DNA from: Candidatus Stramentimicrobium fermentans
GTDB lineage: Bacteria; Atribacterota; Phoenicimicrobiia; Phoenicimicrobiales; Stramentimicrobiaceae
DNA: 64,000 nt
Reading direction: 5' to 3'
Assembly: GCA_012520575.1 (NCBI GenBank)
Contig: JAAYOB010000005.1
Span: 10,171-74,170, forward strand
Shown here in pieces: positions 56,955-64,000 of this stretch (the first letter of the stretch is position 1; each line of letters begins with the position of its first letter). Below the pieces are notes generated by a model. It was not told where the DNA came from and did not search any database. It was given only the letters and a program-made list of their open reading frames with translations. Both the position numbers and the translations under genes were made by a program.

Positions 56955-58815
56955 ACTGATTAGAAAAAGGTGCAAGAACAATAATATATCTAAGCTAAGC
57001 AATCCAAAAGTATTTATAGGTTTAATTTCTTTTTTATTATTATTTTTTGTTTTATGTGATGCATGCCTTGCGCAGGAGAATATAACCATTACCAATATCT
57101 GGTATAAAAAGATGCCCAATTTTACCAGAGTAACCATCAAAGCCGATAAACCCGTTGAAGAATATGAATCAATGTATACCGGGGACCCGGATAGAATTGT
57201 TATTGATATACATAATGCCGACTACAATATAACCGGTTTGGTGAAAAACACCTTGTTCTTGAATATGGGTTCCGTAAAACAGGTCAGATGCGGACAGATA
57301 GAAGCAGATAAAGCGAGATTTGTAATAGATTTGTTTCAACGAGTAGATTACGATATGGCTTTAGATGCCACTAAGCGGTTGTTGCAAATTAATATTTACG
57401 ATTATGAAGAATTCTACTCCCCTGAAACTCAGATTTTTACTGTGGAACCGCTTGGTGCCGATGAGATAAAAAGAATTAAAGAGCAAGAATTAACTGAATA
57501 CAAAACTTCTTCACTGGTCGACCAGGTAACAATACCAATTAGTATGAATTTAAAAGAGACCGAGGTCGTTGACGCTATCAGAACTCTCTCTCTGTTAAGC
57601 GGAGTGAATATCGTAGCAGATGATTCCGTTGCCGGGAATATTACTCTCAGTTTGAATAATGTGACTTTTAAAGATGCTCTGAACTGGATATTGAGACTGA
57701 AAAGATTGGATTATACCCAGGTAGGAAATGCACTGATTATCGGTACCGAAGATATCATTAAAACTTACCGGCAGAGAGTCACCCGTATTGTCCACATGGA
57801 AAATGCCGATGTAGAAAATTCTAAAGGCGTCTTGGACTCTTATTTTGGCGAAGACGAAAATATTAGAATAACTGTGGACAGCAGACTGAATAACCTGATT
57901 TTAGAAGGGATACCGGAAATGGTTGTCAAGGCTGAGGGCTTAATTAAAGAAATCGATAGCAGTTTGATTACCAAAACCTTCAAAATTGATAATGCCACCT
58001 TTGCTGAGGAGGTTGATTCCATTAAAAGTATGCTGGGAATAGTAATCCCCGATGATAACAGAGTGCTCATAGATAGCCGTCAGAATGAAATTATTATTAA
58101 GGGAAATGAAGAAGAGATTGCCAATGCCGAGCTGATGATCAAAGGACTTGATAAACGCGCTCCCCAGATTATGATTGAAGCAAAGATTATCGAGATAACT
58201 CTGGATGGACAAAAAGAATTGGGGTTCAGATGGTTTAGCAATGCAGAAGAAGGTGAATTAACAATCGGTGAGCTGACTCTGGGGGGTTCTCTGGAGAGAA
58301 GAGGGCTAATTGAAGCAAAACTGAAAGCTTTGGCTACTGAAAACAAAATCAATATTTTGTCTAATCCCAAAGTGCTCACCCTGGATGGGAAAACAGCTGT
58401 AATCGATTCCGGAAAACAAATCCCTATACAGGAAGAGGTAATAGATAATGAGGGGAGAATTAGAAGGACCGTTACCTGGAAAGATGTGGGGGTAAAATTG
58501 GAAATAACACCCCGGCTAAGTTCTGATGGTATTATAAATATGGACCTCTTTACTGAAGTTAAGTCTTTGGGAGAGGAATTTATTGTCGGTTATCCGGTTA
58601 TCAATAACCGTTCTCAGACAGCCAAAATTTTGTCAAAGTTAGGAGAAACTACGGTAATCGGCGGGCTTATCAGTTCTGAAGAGACGGAGAATATTCGCAG
58701 GATTCCGATATTGTCAGAAATTCCCATTTTTGGTGAAATTTTTAAATTTAGGACCAAGAATAAGAGCAGAACTGAAGTAATCATGCTAATTACCGCTAAC
58801 AAGATTGATTATTAA
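56947..58815 (+). CDS. pilQ: Type IV pilus secretin PilQ with N-terminal AMIN domain
   Basis: AMIN-like TRVTIKADKPVEEYE...RIVIDIHNA, N0/N1 repeats, secretin core NILSNPKVLTLDGKTAVIDSGKQIPI...IPILSEIPIFGEIF. ATG 56947 follows GGAGG; the track ORF starts at GTG 56932. Confidence 0.88.
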   Translation: MSELIRKRCKNNNISKLSNPKVFIGLISFLLLFFVLCDACLAQENITITNIWYKKMPNFTRVTIKADKPVEEYESMYTGDPDRIVIDIHNADYNITGLVKNTLFLNMGSVKQVRCGQIEADKARFVIDLFQRVDYDMALDATKRLLQINIYDYEEFYSPETQIFTVEPLGADEIKRIKEQELTEYKTSSLVDQVTIPISMNLKETEVVDAIRTLSLLSGVNIVADDSVAGNITLSLNNVTFKDALNWILRLKRLDYTQVGNALIIGTEDIIKTYRQRVTRIVHMENADVENSKGVLDSYFGEDENIRITVDSRLNNLILEGIPEMVVKAEGLIKEIDSSLITKTFKIDNATFAEEVDSIKSMLGIVIPDDNRVLIDSRQNEIIIKGNEEEIANAELMIKGLDKRAPQIMIEAKIIEITLDGQKELGFRWFSNAEEGELTIGELTLGGSLERRGLIEAKLKALATENKINILSNPKVLTLDGKTAVIDSGKQIPIQEEVIDNEGRIRRTVTWKDVGVKLEITPRLSSDGIINMDLFTEVKSLGEEFIVGYPVINNRSQTAKILSKLGETTVIGGLISSEETENIRRIPILSEIPIFGEIFKFRTKNKSRTEVIMLITANKIDY

Positions 58816-58841
58816 TGTTTTTGAAATGATTTTTTAACCTA

Positions 58842-58869
58842 TTGACGGCTATTTCTTTGAGAATATAAA
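58842..58869 (+). promoter_or_regulatory. Possible sigma-70-type promoter for the PKD lipoprotein gene
   Basis: TTGACG (58842-47), 16 nt, TATAAA (58864-69). Confidence 0.3.
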
Positions 58870-58950
58870 TAGTCGGTAAATTGAATAGAAAACTATTAAC
58901 TGAAAACTAAGTTTATCTGAAAACCTTTTTATTAAAGGAGGGGCTAGGAA

Positions 58951-59781
58951 TTGACAAATAAAATATTCAAAGAAAATAAGAAAGCGATTCTATTTTTATC
59001 TGTTCTTATATTATTTGTATTGACACTTGCCGGCTGCAATTGGTTCGGTGAGGGCATTTTAAATGTAATAGACCCCAAAGCCCAGATCAGAGTTGATTAT
59101 AGATTAGGTATGTTAGAAGAAGATGGGGCTCAACATGGTATTTATTTCCATATTTTTTCATTAAATGAAGTTGGATTTATTGGTGAATCATTTACATTTG
59201 ACTATTTTATCGATGGTAAAAGGATTGATACCTTAACCAGAACAATAGGTTCAACTTTTTATGTCCCACCTTATCCTATCAGTAGCTGGGAAGATCCGGT
59301 AAGGGTGCCAAAAGAACCGCCCCAAAACTCTACGTTTCCAGTTTATTTTCAAGATGTTATAGATTATTTAAAACTAAATCCTCAGGTTGTAGAAATAGAT
59401 GCAACTATCACTGTAAGCGGTACTGATGAGGCAAATCATAAAATAACGAAAACCATTGCTTTTGACTTACCGGCAAATTTACCCGGTGTTGACCTTGTAC
59501 CTCCTGAGGCAGCAATTATGGCCACACCAACAGAAGGCAATGCTCCTCTTACTGTTGTTTTTGATGCTTCTCAATCATGTGATAGAAGGAATCAGTCTTC
59601 AGATTGTGTTCCCGGGGGTATTGTCAGCTATAAATGGGACTTTGGAGATGGAACTACTTCTACCAAAATTGTAACTACTCATGAATATGAAGAGGCAGGA
59701 ACCTTTATTGTTACACTAACTGTTACCGATTTATTCGGAAATGAAGGATTTGACACAAAGGTCATTGAAGTGTCTGATTAG
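58951..59781 (+). CDS. Lipoprotein with C-terminal PKD domain
   Basis: Lipobox LTLAGC. C-terminal GNAPLTVVFDAS...YKWDFGDGTTS...HEYEEAGTFIVTLTVTD PKD signature. TTG start after GGAGGGG. Confidence 0.7.
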   Translation: MTNKIFKENKKAILFLSVLILFVLTLAGCNWFGEGILNVIDPKAQIRVDYRLGMLEEDGAQHGIYFHIFSLNEVGFIGESFTFDYFIDGKRIDTLTRTIGSTFYVPPYPISSWEDPVRVPKEPPQNSTFPVYFQDVIDYLKLNPQVVEIDATITVSGTDEANHKITKTIAFDLPANLPGVDLVPPEAAIMATPTEGNAPLTVVFDASQSCDRRNQSSDCVPGGIVSYKWDFGDGTTSTKIVTTHEYEEAGTFIVTLTVTDLFGNEGFDTKVIEVSD

Positions 59782-59880
59782 GCAGGATTATACCTTTATC
59801 GTTGGATTAGATGTATCCGGTTCTGCTGTTCAAAATACACCGGCTGTCTGTTAAAATAAAAACAAATGATTTAATTATAC

Positions 59881-59930
59881 ATAGGATGGTTTCTGTGATA
59901 TTAATAACAGAAACCATCCTATTATATTTT
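59881..59930 (+). terminator. Rho-independent terminator closing the pilus locus
   Basis: Perfect 16-bp stem ATAGGATGGTTTCTGT / ACAGAAACCATCCTAT, followed by TATATTTT. Confidence 0.75.
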
Positions 59931-60054
59931 GCGGCTCTACCCAATGATTATATGAAGCGGCTGTGAAGCTGATGGTTAATTGCTATTTTGTACTTGAATT
60001 CATTTCCATTCAATACGAAATGAAAAAGCCTTAATTAGATGAAGTTAGTGAAAA

Positions 60055-60411
60055 ATGACCGATAAACAACATAGAAAACATAGAAAAAGCAATATTCTAA
60101 AAAATAAATACTACTGGCTGAGATTGCTACTTCATATCCCTAATTTTTTTAAACTGATGCTTAGCCTGTTGAGGGATAAACAGGTTCCGTTTTATCTGAA
60201 AGTTATTTCTTATACCGCATTTCTTTATTGCCTCTCTCCTTATGATTTAATTCCCATTTTTGCCATACCGCTACTGGGCTGGCTTGATGATGTAATAATC
60301 TTTTATATTTGTATGAAATTGCTGGTTAATTTTAGCCCGCCGGGAGTAGTGGAAAAACATGTTAAGGCAATTGATGCGGAAATGAAAAGAAAGTTTAACA
60401 TGTGGAGATAA
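60055..60411 (+). CDS. DUF1232 (YkvA-like) membrane protein
   Basis: SPYDLIPIFAIPLLGWLDDVII motif typical of DUF1232. Confidence 0.6.
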   Translation: MTDKQHRKHRKSNILKNKYYWLRLLLHIPNFFKLMLSLLRDKQVPFYLKVISYTAFLYCLSPYDLIPIFAIPLLGWLDDVIIFYICMKLLVNFSPPGVVEKHVKAIDAEMKRKFNMWR

Positions 60412-60535
60412 CAGAGGTTGTCCCAACTGAAAATCTCTTCAATCTCTCAGCTTCTTTTATTTGAAATTGCAGCCTAAAAAATATAAAATATAGATAGACA
60501 AGTTATTCTATCAATAATTATAGGAGGTATATTCT

Positions 60536-61693
60536 ATGGAAGAAGTAACAAAAAAGGTGATTGAAGAACTCATAAGCGAAAAAGAGGAGCCCTGCATTTC
60601 CGTGTATATGCCCACCAGAGCTGCTGCCAGTGTTGAAGTGAAGCAAATGTCAATACAGCTAAAGAATTTGCTTAGTAGTGTTAAGAAAGATTTACTCGAC
60701 AAACGATATTTGCAATATCCGGGAAGCCGTGATATTGATGCTTTGTTAAAACCTGCAACCGACTTATTGGGAGATATGGCGTTCTGGCAAAACCAAAAAG
60801 AAGGATTGGCAATATTTTTAAATTCTGAAAACTTTCACTATTATCGTTTAAATAAGTCAGTTCCGGAAAGTTTTTTGGTCAGTAAATATGTTAATGTGAT
60901 GCCTCTTATTCCCGAGGTTCTGCTCAATAATGTATATTATGTGCTGGCTTTAAGTAAGAATAAAAATAGGATATTCAGTGGAATAGGGTCCCATATCGAG
61001 CAGTTGGAAATAGAAGGTATGCCGGAAAGTAAAAAAGTGATATCACAAAATACAGGAAGTGAAAAAAGTATTTCCCGTCACATTGCCGGCTCAAAAGGTG
61101 CCGGTACTATTTTTCATGGGGCGGGAGAAATTGCTGCCGAACAAAAAGAAGATTTATTAACCTACTTCAGACAGATTGACCAGGCTTTGAATAAATATTT
61201 GGATAAAAAAGAAAAATCACCTTTGATTGTTATGTCGGTAAAAGATATTTTTGCCATGTATTCTGAAATTAATTCTTATCCTTATCTATTAAAGGAAAGC
61301 ATAGAGGGGAATCCCGATGAGACTCCTCCTGATATAATTGCTAAAAGCGCTTTTCCCATTATCTCAAAATATTTCGATAACCAAATAGATGGTATAGATG
61401 AAACATACCATAACCTTAAAGGTACCGGTAAGACATCAACACATCTGGAAGAAATAGTATCAGCTGCCCATTTTAGCCGAATAGAGCAATTGTTAGTAAA
61501 AAATAATGTTTCTCAGAATGGTATTTTTGACCCGGATGAGAATAAGGTTTCCATTGAGTCTGAAGGAGAAGACCATTATAACCTGTACAATTTTGCTGCT
61601 ATCAGGACTATTGCCAATGGCGGACAGGTCTATGTGCTGGATGAAGAGAAAATGCCGGACAATGAAAATGTAATTGCTTTTTATAGGTTCTAA
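60536..61693 (+). CDS. Hypothetical protein, possibly bacterial eRF1-like (baeRF) family
   Basis: N-terminal ...EPCISVYMPT...QMSIQLKNLL, GLAIFLNSE, YYVLALSKNKNRIF and C-terminal ANGGQVYVL...AFYRF resemble my recollection of baeRF-type proteins. Not verified. Confidence 0.35.
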   Translation: MEEVTKKVIEELISEKEEPCISVYMPTRAAASVEVKQMSIQLKNLLSSVKKDLLDKRYLQYPGSRDIDALLKPATDLLGDMAFWQNQKEGLAIFLNSENFHYYRLNKSVPESFLVSKYVNVMPLIPEVLLNNVYYVLALSKNKNRIFSGIGSHIEQLEIEGMPESKKVISQNTGSEKSISRHIAGSKGAGTIFHGAGEIAAEQKEDLLTYFRQIDQALNKYLDKKEKSPLIVMSVKDIFAMYSEINSYPYLLKESIEGNPDETPPDIIAKSAFPIISKYFDNQIDGIDETYHNLKGTGKTSTHLEEIVSAAHFSRIEQLLVKNNVSQNGIFDPDENKVSIESEGEDHYNLYNFAAIRTIANGGQVYVLDEEKMPDNENVIAFYRF

Positions 61694-61825
61694 AAAAAGT
61701 TTTCAGATAAAAAACATCAATTCCCGGTTTACATAGTAGAATGTTTATTGTTTTGATTGGCGGATGTCTTTTCCCGAAATAAGGCAATAAGCTGTTCTTT
61801 TCTAAAAACTATGAGTTTATTTTGA

Positions 61826-61861
61826 TTAACGAATCAGCAAATTAATTAGCTGATTCGTTAA
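61826..61861 (+). terminator. Perfect 13-bp hairpin upstream of rimO
   Basis: TTAACGAATCAGC-AAATTAATTA-GCTGATTCGTTAA, followed by TTATTT. Confidence 0.5.
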
Positions 61862-61938
61862 TTATTTACAATCACTCCTTCTGATGATACAATGCCAGAG
61901 TGTTTTAAAATTTAAGCTGATATGGTTAATTAAATAAT

Positions 61939-63291
61939 ATGCGTGTATGTATACAATCATTAGGTTGCCCTAAGAATCTAGTGGATAGTGAAGTAATTTC
62001 AGGTTCTTTATTAAAACAGAACTACACCATAACTAACGATATTGATAATTGTGATATTGCTGTTATCAATACCTGCAGTTTTATCCAACCGGCTGTAGAA
62101 GAATCCATTGAAGCTATTCTGGAGGCAGCAGAATTAAAAAAAGAGGGTAGGATAAAACATGTGGTGGTTGCTGGCTGTCTTTCACAAAGATATTCGGAAA
62201 AAGAATTAAAAGAATCATTGCCGGAAGTTGACGGTTTTATAGGTATCGATGAAATTGCCAAGATTCCTGAGATAATGGAACAAGTTCTCAGAAGGGAAGG
62301 CCCTTTTCGGGTTAATCGGAAGCCCTGCTTTCTTTACGATGAAAATTCTCCCCGTTTTCTCTTTACTCCAAACCATTATGCCTATCTTAAAATTGCCGAA
62401 GGTTGTAATAATGCCTGTGCTTATTGCCTTATCCCGCGCATCAAAGGTACTTATCGCAGCAGGACAATTGAGTCTGTCTTTGCAGAAGCCCAAAATCTGA
62501 TAACAAGCTATCCTCTAAAAGAAATAATATTGATTGCCGAAGATACTACCTATTATGGGAGGGATCTTTATGGCGAGCCAGCTCTGGCCAATTTACTGCA
62601 GAAACTGACTCAATTAAAATGGTCTTCTGAAAATCGCATTAGAATTCTTTATACCCATCCTGCCCATTATAATGATGCCTTAATTGATTTTTTGGCTGAA
62701 AATAAGCAGATTTGCCCCTATTTAGATTTGCCCTTACAGCATATCAGTAATTCCATGCTTAAGAGAATGAACCGAAAAATCGGCCAGAAGGATATCATAA
62801 CCTTAATTGAAAAATTAAGGGACAAAATCCCGGAATTAACTTTGAGAACTACTTTTATAGTCGGTTTTCCGGGAGAGACAGAACAAGATTTTGAGGAGTT
62901 ATGCCGTTTTGTGGAGAATTATCAATTTGAAAAAGTAGGAGTCTTTACTTATTACAATGAGCCGGATTGCACTGCCGGTAAATTTGATGAGCAGGTTACT
63001 GAAAAAGTTAAGAAAATGAGATTAGATACCTTGATGAAAATACAGCAGAAGATTGCACTGCACAAACAAAAGACTAAAATTGGCAAAGTTTTAAAGGTTT
63101 TAGTCGATGGGGTTTCAGACAAAGGGAAAGATATTCTAATAGGACGCTCTTGTGCCGAGGCACCTGAAATTGATGGCGAAATATTAGTCTTTAAAGGGCA
63201 GGAAAAAGATATTGGTAATTGGGTAAATATTAAGATAACCGAGGCATTTCCTTACCATCTGGAGGGTGAAATATTAGCGGATAAAAATTAG
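61939..63291 (+). CDS. rimO: Ribosomal protein S12 methylthiotransferase
   Basis: SLGCPKNLVDSE N-terminus, radical-SAM CNNACAYC, C-terminal TRAM domain. Confidence 0.88.
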   Translation: MRVCIQSLGCPKNLVDSEVISGSLLKQNYTITNDIDNCDIAVINTCSFIQPAVEESIEAILEAAELKKEGRIKHVVVAGCLSQRYSEKELKESLPEVDGFIGIDEIAKIPEIMEQVLRREGPFRVNRKPCFLYDENSPRFLFTPNHYAYLKIAEGCNNACAYCLIPRIKGTYRSRTIESVFAEAQNLITSYPLKEIILIAEDTTYYGRDLYGEPALANLLQKLTQLKWSSENRIRILYTHPAHYNDALIDFLAENKQICPYLDLPLQHISNSMLKRMNRKIGQKDIITLIEKLRDKIPELTLRTTFIVGFPGETEQDFEELCRFVENYQFEKVGVFTYYNEPDCTAGKFDEQVTEKVKKMRLDTLMKIQQKIALHKQKTKIGKVLKVLVDGVSDKGKDILIGRSCAEAPEIDGEILVFKGQEKDIGNWVNIKITEAFPYHLEGEILADKN

Positions 63292-63508
63292 TGGAAAATT
63301 AATATTTGCAGATTGAATGGGTTTCTGGTTATAATAGCATTGATATAATTCCCTAATAACATGTAGGAAATTAGGTAAGTATAATTGTGATTATAAGTAA
63401 TTGTAAAAAATATTGCCAAACAAAAGAAGAGCAACTTAAATCTATGTAGTTTTACCAAATAGAGTAAAGCTGATTTATGAAGTCAAGGCTTAGGGAGGGA
63501 GCTGTACT

Positions 63509-64000
63509 TTGATAAGGAAAAGAATTAAAAGATTCTGGCTGGAATTAAAAAAAAGTGCAACACATCCGGCTGCATTTCTGGTCACGAACCCTCAAAATGT
63601 TTTTTACCTGTCTCAGTTTAAAGGCGAAGGTATATTGCTTTTAACAGAACCACAAAACTACCTTATTACCGACTCACGCTATACCGAGCAGGCAGGGCAA
63701 GAGGCGCAATATTGTAAAATTATTGTACAGTCATTAAAAAAGAGTGATGCCCAAACAGCTTCCTTAATAGAGCTTATAGCTGAGTTGAAAATAAAAGAAT
63801 TGGGCTTTGAATCCGATTTTTTGAAAGTAAGTCCCTATCTAAAATACCAACAACTGGTGCCGCATATTGAATTAGTTCCCTTTCCCGGCATAATTGAAAT
63901 AATCCGTATGGTTAAAGACCAATCTGAAATTGAACTTATCAAAAAAGCTGCCCTGATTGCCGACCGGGCTTTCCGGGAAACTATCAAAAATATAAAGGCA
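63509..64000 (+). CDS. Xaa-Pro aminopeptidase (M24B), N-terminal part, 3' end outside window
   Basis: TTG start 9 nt after GGGAGGGA. Frame is open to the window end. FLVTNPQNVFYLSQFKGEGILLL...ITDSRYTEQA creatinase/prolidase N-domain pattern. Not in the ORF track because it is open-ended. Confidence 0.65.
   Translation, partial: MIRKRIKRFWLELKKSATHPAAFLVTNPQNVFYLSQFKGEGILLLTEPQNYLITDSRYTEQAGQEAQYCKIIVQSLKKSDAQTASLIELIAELKIKELGFESDFLKVSPYLKYQQLVPHIELVPFPGIIEIIRMVKDQSEIELIKKAALIADRAFRETIKNIKA

Overview
AT-rich (about mid-30s % GC by eye) bacterial chromosomal segment. Every gene I can support is on the + strand; all minus-strand ORFs in the track look like antisense artefacts. The backbone is housekeeping with a Firmicutes-like order: livM'-livJ-like, M20 and DmpA peptidases, panE-panB, Nudix, EndoQ-like, dnaG-rpoD, tRNA-Asn, tmk-holB-yaaT/ricT-trmN6-rsmI-metG, SLT, metK, hisS-asnS-aspS, MTHFS, rpsA, alaS-ruvX-mltG, udk, yqeG, rimO, pepP'. 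The organism nonetheless looks diderm, because it encodes an AMIN-domain PilQ secretin. Interleaved with the core genes is a type IV pilus (T4P) system: pilT (23.2 kb), a pilB paralogue directly after rpsA (32.6 kb), and a ~19.5 kb contiguous locus at 40.3-59.8 kb. That locus runs pilB2-pilC, a truncated sigma, a full SigB/F/G-type sigma, a 153-aa repeat protein, two tandem pilins, a degenerate pilin, pilD, fimT/gspH-like, a 798-aa PilV-like pilin fused to Ig-like repeats, pilW-like, pilX-like, pilMNOPQ and a PKD lipoprotein. The main items for a second look are these. (1) The sigma pair sits inside the pilus locus, and a SigB-like promoter motif recurs three times in front of pilin and minor-pilin genes. 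(2) A ~120-160 nt intergenic repeat family sits in 5' leaders, including between a T-box terminator and hisS. (3) An Asp-type T-box with a very short Stem I lies ahead of hisS-asnS-aspS. (4) A probable 6S RNA lies upstream of the 5-formyl-THF cyclo-ligase gene. (5) The two PilB paralogues differ in their MshEN c-di-GMP motif: one is intact, one degenerate. (6) S1 has seven domains. There is also a small tRNA-Asn-linked islet with an IS256-family transposase relic. No CRISPR array, rRNA or intact mobile element was seen. All functional calls come from motif recognition by eye, not database searches.
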